64,000 nucleotides of DNA, from assembly GCA_964016885.1 (NCBI GenBank), contig OZ024742.1, forward strand, positions 19,654,001-19,718,000. The letters run 5' to 3'. The DNA comes from Eledone cirrhosa. Taxonomy: Eukaryota. Both the position numbers and the translations under genes were made by a program. Shown in pieces: positions 42,053 to 54,801 of this stretch (its first letter is position 1; each line of letters begins with the position of its first letter). The notes beneath the pieces were generated by a model that saw only the letters and a list, made by a program, of their open reading frames with translations, ran no database searches and was not told the origin of the DNA.

Positions 42053-42768
42053 CCTGCGTATAGGAGTTCCCATTGGCAGCTGGTCTTAAACTCCTCTGTT
42101 ATAGCCTGCAGGGCAATAATAAATAGGAGGGGCATAAGGAGAGCTTTGAACACCAACTTTTACACTAAATTCTTCACAATATTTATTGTTAATTCTAACC
42201 TTACTGACTGTTTCTTTATACATAGCTTGTATAGCCCTCACAAGCCATTCATCAACACCTAGTTTTCTAAGAGCCCAGCAGATAATGGAGCGGGGGCGGG
42301 ACTCTGTCAAAAGCTTTCTCCAGGTCTACAAAAGCGAAGTACTTCCCTCATCCTGCCATACTTTCTAAGCCTGCTTTTTGGCCTTGATTGTCTCCACCTT
42401 ACTATTCCACCACCAAGTTATTCTCCTCCTGCCAATAGGTCTGCTCCAGCCACAGATTTCATCCGTTGCTTTCAGCAGGTTCACTTTCAAGAATTCCCAC
42501 TGTTCCTCTATATCGCACGTCTCTAATTGCTCTTCCTTATTGTCAAAGGCATCAAGTAATAATCCTTTAAATTTGTCACTGGCTGTGGGGTCCTTCAACT
42601 TCCATATTCTTCTCCCCAAGTAGTCCTCCTCTGTCGTCGAGTACGTCTATTCCTGACTATGAGGTCACCAACTACTAGGCTATGTTGGGAGGTGAATTCT
42701 TCACGGGGAGGGATTTAGTGTTTACAACAGACACTTTGTCACGTCTTCTAATAAGGATATAATCTATC
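42053..42768 (-). mobile_element. Deleted RTE LINE fragment (end of APE, part of RT)
   Basis: IDYIL, QHSLV, RRIWKLK, TWWWN, WALRKLGVDEWLV; homologous to the 51078 ORF. Confidence 0.85.
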
Positions 42769-43010
42769 ATATATATATATATATATATACTGTATATATA
42801 TAGTAATAATAATAAACGTGAAGACTAAAATCCAAAGAGGGTTCGATAAGGATAAATATATATAAAATATATAAGAACCTTAGAGCAAAAATTTATTAAA
42901 ATAACAGATTAAATTTTAACCAAAGAATCGCTGCTTTCAGAAGATTCCGTTAAGGGTGAAAGCAGCGATTCTTTGCTTAAACTTTAATCTGTTATTTTAA
43001 TATATATATA

Positions 43011-43049
<39 letters not shown>

Positions 43050-43295
43050 GGTGACACCTATGCAGGTATAGCTGGCATCCTCTAAGGTATATCTCTTTGG
43101 AGGTATCTTGGGTAATTTAATGATAGGGACCCCGGTCCCATCATCTCATTTCTACAGATGAGTAAACTGGAGCAACGTGAAATAAAGTGTCTTGCTCAAG
43201 GAAACAACACATTACCCGGTCCGAGAATTGAACTCACAACCTTTCGATTGCAAGCCCAATGCTATAACCAGTAAGCCATGCGCCTTCACACACAC

Positions 43296-43332
<37 letters not shown>

Positions 43333-43339
43333 ATCTATC

Positions 43340-44496
43340 TATATTGTTATACTTGGGGAGGGTCATATTTGCGTAATATTGCCAGAATTAATAACAGAAC
43401 ACACTCACTGTTTGGTTGGTTTTCGCTTCTCGTTGTCTTTTATATCTGCGATCTAACTTGCTCGGTCCTCAATGTTGCCATTGGCTGACCGGCGGTCAAA
43501 AATAATACATATACAATATAGACACAAACACATATATATAGTCCTTTTAAGAAAACCCACTGTACCAATAGGAAATGTATCATATGTAAGGTGAACCCCC
43601 GGATAAACTGTAAAACTAGAAACGTAGTCTATAGCATAAGATGTACAGAGGGTACTTGCAGAAACACGACAACAACATACATAGGTGAGACAGCTCGTAG
43701 CATAGGTGAAAGGATAGACCAACACTGGGGGGAACTAAAAGGACGAAAAAACGGGTCAGTACTATACGAACATGCTAGACAACAACATGACGGTAACATA
43801 GACAACATAGAAATTAGAATAATATCTAAACATAGGAATGACCCAGCAGATAGGCAAATCAGAGAGGCCAGTGAAATAGAAATTAGAAGACCAAAGCTAA
43901 ACAGAAAGAATGAGTGGAACAACAACAACACCCAAACAAACAACACTGACCTAAGAGAAGTATAAATAAATAAGTAAATAAAATTAAATAAAATAAGATA
44001 AATAAATACATACACAAGCACAATAACAACAAGCACATAAACACACACTAGTCACCCAACAGACACAACACTATACACACTAGTCACACATCACACATAA
44101 CACTATACACACACACAAACGCATGCGCAAAGAAGACAAAATAAAATAAGATAAACAAACAAGCAAATAAATAAATAAATATATAGACAGACTGAATAAA
44201 AAATGGCGTAGACATACAACACAACAGGAGGAACAATGAATATAACACCACTGACGATGTTGCAGATGTGCAACGAAAGATTTATGTAAATTATGTAAAC
44301 TATATATATGTGTTTGTGTCTATATTGTATCTGTATTATTTTTGACCGCCGGTCAGTCAATGGCAACATTGAGGACCGAGTAAGTTAGATCGCAGATATA
44401 AAAGACAGCGAGAAGCGAAAACCAACCAAACAGTGAGTGTGTTCTGTTATTAATTCTGGCAATATTACACAAATATGACCCTCCCCAAGTATAACA

Positions 44497-44500
<4 letters not shown>
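43340..44500 (+). mobile_element. Short Penelope-like element (Neptune-type GIY-YIG) with inverted pLTR
   Basis: ORF 43591-43965 NCKTRNVVYSIRC...YIGET...RIDQH...REA...LN; inverted arms 43342-43540 / 44301-44500; CTGACGA-tgttgcagatgtgcaac-GAAA core at 44251-44278. Confidence 0.9.
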
Positions 44501-44534
<34 letters not shown>

Positions 44535-44628
44535 TATACAAGTGAAAGAACGTTAGTTGATCAATTGACCGATCCTAACAGGATTATATAATACCGTCTC
44601 TCTTTATACTATATTATGATTATATATA

Positions 44629-45123
44629 CTAGCAGAAAAACCACCCTACGAGTGGTATGTGTAGTGTGTATATTGATATTTTACGCAAGTATATATAGAT
44701 GTATATATGATTAATCAAATAAAATCGTAATTGACAATATACACAGAAATTGAGCGAAGACTGCGTTACACTGTCTTATGTAATCAGTAACGTAATCCAT
44801 GATACATTAAAAAAAGATGATATTATATATAAACTGCATTAGGAGAAAATTAACGACGGAAATATATGCAATATTTTTATAAGTGTTATAATATAACGGC
44901 CGCTAACCGGAAATGTTGACATTTGAAAATTTTAGAGAAGTGAATTTTAAAGATCTTTAAATAAGCTATAAAATATATTTAATTAACAGCGACGAAATTT
45001 AGCACATAAATTATGTAATATTCATTCATTATTTATTCACAGTAATCCAACTTATTTTACAAACTGGGTAAAAAAATATATTCTGGACGCAATCCCGCAC
45101 CCCTTTCTTTATTATAGTTAAGA
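44629..45123 (-). mobile_element. Non-autonomous Helitron, second family
   Basis: CTAG terminus with hairpin and TC 5' end; homologous to 49088-49867. Confidence 0.75.
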
Positions 45124-45129
45124 TATCTG

Positions 45130-45192
<63 letters not shown>

Positions 45193-45433
45193 ACACACAT
45201 ATATATAGTAAGCTATTATAACAGGAAATACCTAAATATAAATAACTTCAACATAATTCTGAAAATAGGTTGAAATTCACCAAAATTACATGAAGTGTTA
45301 TTCTGTAGAATGTTTACACTAGTCAGCGACTAGTGAGAATATCTCGGAAGATTTCAACCGAATTCCGTTTACAAAGAACTGAAACCATACAATTAGCCTA
45401 TTTGGAAGGCTTTGGATGTGTGTGTGTGTGTGT

Positions 45434-45748
45434 GTTAATAAAAGGAATTCCAACTTTGTCTGATTTACTCGTTTTATTTATAATCCTTTAAAATATATAA
45501 TGGTATTAGAATAAAATAGTATGGTAGAATATTAAATGTTAAGTGTTAATTGAACAGTTGAAAATTGCAAACTTGACTGTCACCACAGAATATGAACCTG
45601 AAGATTGCGAAAGCATGAAAGTACTTGTTCAATTAACACTTAACATTTAATATTCTACCATACTATTTCATTCTAATACCATTATATATTTTAAAGGATT
45701 GTAAATAAAACGAGTAAATCAGACAAAGTTGGAATTCCTTTTATTAAT
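45434..45748. mobile_element. ~315-bp non-coding fold-back element with hammerhead
   Basis: ~122-bp inverted arms 45434-45556 / 45626-45748. Confidence 0.85.
45593..45631 (+). ncRNA. Compact 39-nt type I hammerhead
   Basis: tgaac-CTGAAGA-ttgc-GAAA loop-gcat-GAAA-gtac-TT-gttca. Confidence 0.88.
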
Positions 45749-45783
45749 ATAATCTTCTATACACAATCATATACACCCGTGTA

Positions 45784-45853
<70 letters not shown>

Positions 45854-46892
45854 GAAAGAAAAGATATATATATATATATATAGAGAGAGAGATAGTTAGA
45901 GAGAGAAAGAAAGAGAGCAAGAGATAGAGAGAGCAAGATATAGAGGGAGAGAGTAAAAGAGAGATAGCACCAGAGAGAGACAGAAAAAGCAAGAGAGCAA
46001 GAGAGAGAGAGAGGGGGTGAAGGTGAGATAATCAGAGAGAGAGAGAGAAAGAAAGAGAGCAAGAGATAGCTCCAGAGAGAGAAAGAGAGAGAGAGAGAGA
46101 TAGCTCCAGAGAGGGAGAGATATAGAGATAGCTCCAGAGAGAGAGAGAGGGAGAGATAGATCCAGAGAGAGAAAGCGAGAGAGAGACTATACTATAATGC
46201 AGGACTGTCAGATATGCACGTGCGAAGAAGAAGGAAGAGAAGAAGAAGAAGAAGAAGAAAAGTGAGACAATTGGCCATTTTAATTCTCACATAATTTCCT
46301 CCCTCCAGAGAAATGTTTTAAATATCTGAATAGTTCTTTTATTGGTTTCTCTAACATTATCAGTAAAACTAAATATACATTACATTGAGAGAACACAGAT
46401 CAGCACCTTTTTTTGAAACAATAATGTCAGTATTTTCTTTGATATATTAAAGAAATGACATACACACATATATATATATACATACATTCATACATATTTA
46501 GACACACACACATATACATACATATTAGACACACACACACATATATACATAAATATATATATACATTCATTCATACATATATAGACTGGGTGAAGGCGCA
46601 TGGCTTCGTGGTTAGAGGATTGGGCTTGCAATCGAAAGGTTGTGAGTTCAATTCTCGGACCGGGTGATGTGTTGTTTCCTTGAGCAAGACACTTTATTTC
46701 ACGTTGCTCCAGTTTACTAAGCTGTAGAAATGAGATGATAGGACTGGGGTCCCTATTATTAAATTACCCAAGACACCGCCAACGAGATATACTGTGGGGG
46801 AGGCCAGCTAAACCTGCATAGGTGTGAGCTGTAACAACATATATAGACACACACACACACACACACACATACATACATTCATACACATACAT

Positions 46893-47393
46893 ACAGGGCC
46901 GTATTTAAAGGGAGAAATTACTCCGGGCCCCATCAACGACAGCCGTACCAATATATTTGTGCCTTCAGCTGGGATTTTAAGTTTTAGGGTGATTAGAATT
47001 TTTGAATTTAATACCTGTTTGTATAACTTTTCAATTCCAATTACTTTTTCTAAGCTAACTTTGATATGTAAAATTGGGGAGGGTTTGCTGTGTATTCTAA
47101 TTTTTTGTATATGAGGAGCCCCCCAAACCTGAAATTCCCCAGGCCCTCCAAGGGTTAAACCCAATCATGGGTATAGGAGCACCATAGTGACATACAGCGT
47201 TCCTCGGGCATTTTTAAAACCTGGTAGAGCCCATCTCTTCTCCAGGTCTGAATAGAGCTAATTTCTTCCAGAGATAGAGAGAGAAAGCCCAGCTGAGGGC
47301 ACAAATAAATTACTACGGCTGTGCTGGTGGGGCTCCCATTGCAGGGGGCCCAGGACAATTGCCTCCTTTGTCCCTCCATTAAATCCGGCCCTG
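46893..47393. mobile_element. Composite MITE-like element(s)
   Basis: CAGGGCCGTATTTAA ... TTAAATCCGGCCCTG termini; two partial bodies in opposite orientation. Confidence 0.6.
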
Positions 47394-48182
47394 CCTACAA
47401 CTCCACCAGGAGTTATGGGTACAAAATCAACTAAGTGCTCGACACAGCTAAAGAGTCATCTCAACTCTTCACTTGGTAAAGTTTTATGGCTAGATGCCCT
47501 TGCTCTTCCTTATGCCGACCATTTTACAGGGTATACTTGCTTGCTGTAAGGTTAAAGTTCTGAACTATTAACCCCAAGATCATACCGTCGCTGGTGGGGC
47601 TGCCCACCAATGCAGGGGACCCGGGGCAATTGCCCCCTTTGCACCCCATTAAATCTGGCCCTGCCCAAGATAGAGAGTTCTAAAGTCAGAACAGTCATTG
47701 TATTGTGATTACAGATTTAGGCACAAGGCCAGCAATTTGGAGGGAAAGAGGGGAAAGCTGATTAAATCGACACCAGGGCGTTACTGGTACTTTATTTTAT
47801 CGACTCTGTAAGGATGAATGAACGGCAAAGTTAGCCTTGGTGGGATTTGAACTCAGAATGTAAAGGGACGTAACTATATGCTGCAAAGCATGTTTTCTGT
47901 AGCTACTGACAGAATGTGAGAAATAAGACAAAAGATGAAATCATGCTGAACTATCAACTTCACAGTTGAGAGGAAATTTCTCCAGCTGTGACGATAATTA
48001 ATGAAACACTTCAACTAAGATAGCATCACATTTATGTAACCATGGAAATATAGATGTTAAACAGAAACAAACAAAAGACTGTACCAATATCACTTATGCC
48101 CCCCCCATGGTCCAGTATATATAAAATAAATTGATTGCAAAGAATATATTTACAACATAATTGTGTTGTTATATTTTAAGTT

Positions 48183-49080
48183 AGGGCAGTGAATCGGCAA
48201 AATCGTTAGAGCTTCGGACACCATGCTTCGTGGCATAGAGATACGGCCCTTTACATTGAGTTCAAATCCCGCCATGGTTAACTTTGCCTTTCACCCTTAA
48301 TGGGGTCGATAGAATAAAGTATATACCCCAAAGAATTCTAGCCAACTTTCCAATTTGCCACCTATCACTGAAATAATTGGGTATAATTCATCAAAGGTTA
48401 TTATTAATATTACTCCATGGCGGTGGATTGGCAGTATCGGTAGAGGGTCGGACGCCATGCTAGGGCGGTGGATTGGCAGTGTCGGTAGAGGGTTGGACGC
48501 CATGCTAGGGTGGTGGATTGGCAGTGTCGGTAGAGGGTCGGACGCCATGCTTTCCAGCATAGTTACGTCCCTTTACAATCTGAGTTCAAATCCTGCCGAG
48601 GTTGACTTTGCCTTTCATCCTTACGGGGTCGATAAAATAGAGTACCAGTAATGCACTGGGTAATTGCTGGCCTTGTGCCTAAAGTAGAAACAGTTATTAA
48701 TATTACTCCAGTGCGGCATTTGTTGCGAATCTTTACATTCTGAGTTCAAATCCCACAGACATCAACTTTGTTCTTCATCCTTACGAGGTCAATAAAACAA
48801 AGTACCAGTAATGCACTGGGGTCAATTTAATCGACTTTCCCTTCCTCTAAAAATGCTGGCCTTGTGCCTATTGTAGAAATCATTATTATTACTATATTGG
48901 CAGTATCGGTAGAGGGTTGAACGCCATGCTTTCTAGCATAGTTACGTCCCTTTACGGTCTGAGTTCAAATCCCGTTGATGTTAACTTTGCCTTTCATCCT
49001 TATGGAGTTGATAAAATAAAATACCAGTAATGTACTGGGTATTTGCTGGCCTTGTGCCAAAAGTAGAAACAATTATTACT
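48183..49080 (+). mobile_element. Cluster of Meta-type SINEs with triplicated 44-bp head
   Basis: Same family as 14066-14712; head repeated at about 48419, 48463 and 48507. Confidence 0.8.
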
Positions 49081-49087
49081 ATTATCA

Positions 49088-49867
49088 CTAGCAGAAAACC
49101 ACCCTTCGGATGGTTTTCTGCTAGCATGTGTAGTGTCATCATCATCATCAACGTTTAACGTCCGTGTTCCACGCTTGCATGGGTTTGGACGGGGGTAGTC
49201 CCACTTGAGGCAAGAGTGATTGTCTTGCTCGCATAGGACTATCTGGCAGGTTTTCTACAGTTGGATGCCCTTCCTAACACCAACCACATTTACAGTGTGG
49301 GTCTGGGAGGTTTTTACCGTGTTGCCTACACGGCCACATTACAGCGTGGACTGTGTGTTTTTTTGTCGTGACACCTACACGATCTCATTTGTTTCGGCCT
49401 GGATGGCGCGGCACCAACATAACTTTACATAGAACGGGGTGGTGTGGGGGTGGTATATTGATATTATACGCGATATGATACATCAAATAAAATCGTAATT
49501 GACAATATACACAGAAATTGAACGAAGACCGTGATACACTATCTTATGTAATCAGTAACGTAATCCATGATACATTAAAAAAAAGACGATATTATATATA
49601 AACTGCATTAGGAGAAAATTAGTGACAGAAAATTAATATGTTTACTTAAGCGATCGCCACCGGAAGTGTTGACATTTGAAAATTTTAAAGAAGTGAATCT
49701 TTAAATAAATAATAAAATATATTTAATGAACAGCCACAAAATTTAGTAGATAAATTATGTAATATTCATTCATTATTTATTCCAAGTAATCCAACTTATT
49801 TTACTAACAGGATAAAAAATTATAAACCGTATGCAATCCCGCGCTTCTTACTTTATTATAGTTTAGA
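49088..49867 (-). mobile_element. Non-autonomous Helitron interrupted by an RTE 3'-UTR insertion (about 49136-49450)
   Basis: Colinear with 44629-45123 apart from the insertion. Confidence 0.75.
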
Positions 49868-49978
49868 TTATTATTATTTGGGGAGTGGGGTGATACAAAA
49901 ACAACAATTATATATATATATGTAAAAAAATATGAGAGAAAAAAAAATTATCACAGGATTTTTTTTTTAATGAAAACT

Positions 49979-50189
49979 TTACAAAATGTGACACATAGAA
50001 AACCAGCTGGTGTTTGTTGAGGGGTCAGATGTGGCATCCTCTTCTGTTTCGTCACTGGAATTCTCACCATTCTCTTCTTCATCACACTCATCGTCATCAG
50101 AGAAATCTGATTCATCACCAGAGACTTGACCAGACATGGTCAGTTTTGGTAGGTACCGCACAGAGACAACACTTAAGTCACTGGGTATC
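49979..50189 (-). CDS. WD40-repeat protein, last coding exon (acidic tail, ends WFSMCHIL*)
   Basis: ttttcatcttcccag acceptor; phase 2 matches the previous exon; stop TAA. Confidence 0.8.
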
Positions 50190-50642
50190 CTGGGAAGATG
50201 AAAAAATAAATGATAAATAGTGAGGGGAGGAGAAGAAGAATTAGGGGGGGGGGGAGGAAGAAAGGAGGAGGAGGAGGAGGGAAGAAAGAACAAGGAGGAA
50301 AGAAGAAGAAGAAAAAGAAGAGCAAAAGGTAATGGAAATTTATGTAACTATGTTAGTCATCATCATCATCATTTTATGTCTGCTTTTCCTTGCTTGTATA
50401 TGACTATGTAATATGTGTGTGTGTGTGTGTGTGTGACTGTATGTAATATGTGTGTGTGTATGACTATGTAATATGTGTGCGTGTGTGACTGTATGTAATA
50501 TGTGTGTGTGTGTGTGTGTGTATGTGTGTATGTAATATGTGCGTATGTGTGTGTGTATGTGTGTATGACTGTATGTAGTTTGTGTGTGTGACTCACAACT
50601 GCTTGATTGCAAGTCCAACACTCAAACCACTATGTATCTTCA

Positions 50643-50687
<45 letters not shown>

Positions 50688-50689
<2 letters not shown>

Positions 50690-52643
50690 ATCATCATCAT
50701 CATCATCGTTTAACGTCCATATTCCACGCTTGCATGGGTTTGGACGGGAATTTTCCCACTTGAGGCAAGATTGGTTGTCTTGCTCATATAGGACTGTCTG
50801 GCGGATTTTCTACAGCTGGATGCCCTTCCTAACACCAACCACGTTTACAGTGTGGACTGGGAGGTTTTTACTGTGTTACCTACACGGCCACATTACAGCG
50901 TGGACTGTGTGTTTTTTTTGTCGTGACACCTACACGACCTCATTTGTTTCGGACTGGATGTTGTGGTACCAACATAACTTTACATTGAAAGGGGTGGTGT
51001 GGATGGGGTGGGGTAGTGTGACGAGGGTGTATTTTTGTTAGAGGTGCCTACTGACTGTGGTAGGTTTCACTTTGTACTTAGGTAAGGCGGGTCTTCTGTA
51101 TTACTGTGTAGCGCCAAAGATCTCGGTCCAGTGACATTGTCTTGGAGAGGTGTAAGTGTGTAAGGTCAGAATTTATCAAGTCGTCCCAGGTTTTTCTGGG
51201 TCTGCCTACTCCGTGGCTACCGTCCATTTTTATTGCCCTGCACTTTTTTATACAGCTGTCGTCTTTCATGCGCATCACGTGACTGTACCAACGTAGTCTT
51301 CTCTCGAGTAAACAACATCTGATCCCTCTTATTTCTAATTTTTCCCTTAGTTCGTTTATGCTTTGCCGTTTACGTATATTACTATTACACATCCAGCGGA
51401 GCATGCAAGCTTCGTTCCTCTCCAGTCTGCGTATATCCTCTGCACACAATGTCCAGGTCTCACTGCCATGTAACATTGCTGTTCGTATGCAGGCATCATA
51501 CAGCCTGCCTTCAATTTTTAGAGAGAACCCTTTAGCGGCTAATAGTAGTATAAGCTCTCTGAACTTTTTCCATCCAGTTCTGACTCTAGCTACTGTACTT
51601 TCAGAGCACCCTCCCCCACTACTAATTTTGTCACCCAGGTAACGGAAGCTGTCCACTATTTCTATAGAACCATCTGTGCAATGGAATGAGCTAGTATTCT
51701 GTGGGCACTTGCTGCTACTTATTTCACCAGAGCACCGGCCACATATAAAATCTATAATCTTAGTTAGCTTACTTGTGATCCCACTACATCTTTTATGCAC
51801 CCATACTTTGCATTTTGGACATAAAATGGAGTTTCTGCCTACTCCTTTCCTACACACTGAGCATGGCCATTTCCCGGATGGGGCCCGTGCCCTATTTTCC
51901 TTCCTACAAACTAGAACTTTAGTCTTAGACAGGTTAATTTTAAGGCCTTTTGATTCTAGGCCATGCTTCCATGTTTGGAATTTCTTCTCTAGTTCAGCCA
52001 TTGATTCAGCTATGAGCGTTAGATCATCTGCGTATAGGAGTTCCCATGGGCAGCCGGTCTTGAACTCCTCTGTTATAGCCTGAAGGGCAATAATAAATAG
52101 TAGGGGGCTAAGAACGGAGCCCTGATGAACACCAACTTTTACGCTATTATATTCGTTGTTAATTCTAACCTTGCTGACTGTTTCTTTATACATGGCTTGT
52201 ATAGCTCTCACAAGCCATTCATCAACACCTAGTTTTCTAAGAGCCCACCAGATAATGGAACGGGGGACTCTGTCAAAGGCTTTCTCCAAGTCGACAAAAG
52301 CTAAGTATGGGAGTTTACTTTTAGCTAGGTACTTCTCCTGTAGTTGTCGTACAATGAAAAGAGCGTCTGTGGTACTTTTCCCTGACACAAACCCGAACTG
52401 CATTTCATCTAGATCAATTCGCTCTCTGATTAGTTGCACTATTACTTTTTCTGTGACCTTCAAGACCTGGTCGATTAATTTAATGCCTCTATAGTTACCC
52501 CTATCTAGGGCATCTCCTTTACCCTTGTAGCAGTTAATGATGATGCTGCTACGCCAGTCCTTCAGAACAACCCCATTCTGTATGACTTGGTTTACTATCC
52601 AGGTGACCATAGTGTGTCCCACCGTTCCAGAAGCTTTCAGCAT
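50688..52643 (-). mobile_element. 5'-truncated RTE LINE with intact RT ORF (51078-52643) and PHD-like finger insert
   Basis: NYRGIKL, DLEKAFD, VHQGSVLSP, LLYADD, CSVC..C..C...H..C...C..C, RLRWY.HV.R, GRP.KTW; (GAT)n tail. Confidence 0.95.
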
Positions 52644-52650
52644 TTCAGCA

Positions 52651-53851
52651 TTCCATCCAGGAAATGGCCATGCTCAGTGTGTAGGAAAGGAGTAGGTAGA
52701 AACTCCATTTTATGTCCCAAATGCAAAGTATGGGTGCATAAAAGATGTAGTGGGATCACAGGTAAGCTAACTAAGAACATAGATTTTATATGTGGCCGGT
52801 GCTCTGGTGCAATAAGTAGCAGCAAGTGCCCACAGAATACTAGCTCATTCCATTGCACAGATGGTTCTATAGAAATAGTGGACACCTTCCGTTACTTGGG
52901 TGACAAAATCAGCAGTGGTGGAGGGTGCTCTGAAAGTACAGTAGCTAGAGTCAGAACTGGATGGAAAAAGTTCAGAGAGCTTATACCACTATTAGCTGCT
53001 AAAGGGTTCTCTCTAAAAATGAAAGGCAGGCTGTATGATGCCTGCATACGAATAACAATGTTACATGGCAGTGAGACCTGGGCATTGTGTGCAGAGGATA
53101 TATGCAAACTGGAGAGGAACGAAGCTTGCATGCTCCGCTGGATGTGTAATAGTAATATACGTGAACGGCAAAGCATAAACGAACTAAGGGAAAAATTAGA
53201 AATAAGAGGGATCAGATGTTGTTTACTCGAGAGAAGACTACGTTGGTATGGTCACGTGATGCGCATGAAAGACGACAGCTGTATAAAAAAGTGCAGGGCA
53301 ATAAAATTAGACGGTAGCCACGGAGTAGGCAGACCCAGAAACACCTGGGACGACCTGATAAATTCTGACCTCACACACTTACACCTCTCCAAGACAATGT
53401 CACTGGACCGAGATCTTTGGCGCTACACAGTAATACAGAAGACCCGCCTTACCTAAGTACAAAGTGAAACCTACTACATTCAGTAGGCACCTCTAACAAA
53501 ATACACCCCCGTCCCACTACCCCCACCCCATCCACACCACCCCTTTCAATGTAAAGTTATGTTGGTATCACAACATCCAGTCCGAAACAAATGAGGTCGT
53601 GTAGGCGTCACAACAAAAAAAACACACAGTCCACGCTGTAATGTGGCCGTGTAGGTAACACGGTAAAAACCTCCCCAGTCCACACTGTAAATGTGGTTGG
53701 TGTTAGGAAGAGCATCCAGCCGTAGAAAACCCGCCAGACAGTCCTATGCGAGCGAGACAACCACTCTTGCTTCAAGTGGGAAAACTCCCATCCAAACCCA
53801 TGCAAGCGTGGAAGATGGACGTTAAACGATGATGATGATGATGATGATGAT
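52651..53851 (+). mobile_element. Shorter RTE LINE copy fused head-to-head with the previous one
   Basis: Reverse complement of about 50688-51882, with its own (GAT)n tail. Confidence 0.95.
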
Positions 53852-54011
53852 TTCCGAAGGCTCAGCCGCCTTACCCGTCTTCATATGTTTGATTGCCTTA
53901 CTTATTATACTACCTTCGACTAACATTGCTGGTCCCTCTATTGGATCGATGTAGGGGAGACTGTCTTTCTCCCATTTATTCTCCTCATTTAGTAGCCTTT
54001 CGTAGTGACAC

Positions 54012-54052
<41 letters not shown>

Positions 54053-54203
54053 CATCTTTTCACGTCCATTTTGCACATTAACATGGGTTAGACGGGTTGT
54101 CCTATTTGAGGCAAGTCAGGTCAGGTGACTGTGTCTAGTTCATATGGAACTCTTTTTGACTAGGTTTCTACAGCTAGATGCCATTGCTAATACCAACCAC
54201 ATT

Positions 54204-54450
54204 TACAGTGTGGACTGGGTGCTTTTTGTTGTGACACCTACACGACCACTTTACAGTGTGGACTGGGTGCTTTTTGTCGTGACTCCTACACGACCATTTT
54301 ACAGTGTGGGCTGGGTGCTTTTTGTCGTGACTCCTACACGACCATTTTACAGTGTGGGCTGGGTGCTTTTTGTCGTGACTCCTACACGACCATTTTACAG
54401 TGTGGGCTGGGTGCTTTTTGTCGTGACTCCTACACGACCACTTTACAGTG
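54204..54450. repeat. 48-bp tandem repeat (5 units plus a partial) inside an RTE 3'-UTR remnant
   Basis: TACAGTGTGGRCTGGGTGCTTTTTGTCGTGACTCCTACACGACCAYTT at 48-bp spacing. Confidence 0.9.
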
Positions 54451-54638
54451 CAAGGGGGGTGGGAACAGAAGTGTGTGGGCGGTTGTTGGAGCGTGGGAGG
54501 TGTGTGGAAGGGAGGTATAGTGTTTAAGAGGTGCCTAACAGATGTATGTTTATATATATATATAGATAGATAGAGAGAGAGAGAGAGAGAGGTAGATAGA
54601 TAGATAAATAGATATATAAATAGAAATAATATACATAC

Positions 54639-54801
54639 TTTGAAGATGCAAGCAGTTTCCAGACTTTTAGTTCATAACCTCCGGTGGCCAGCAGTAAATT
54701 TCCATTGGAGATTGAACCTCTACACCATGTGATGCTCTTGATCTGACTAGTAGCATCATCATTTAATGTACCCAGGTAGTCTTCACTTGGTAGTGAATGA
54801 A
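54639..54801 (-). CDS. WD40-repeat protein, internal exon
   Basis: ttttcacag / gtatg splice sites; VHSLPSEDYLGTL...LLATGGYELKVWK. Confidence 0.88.
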
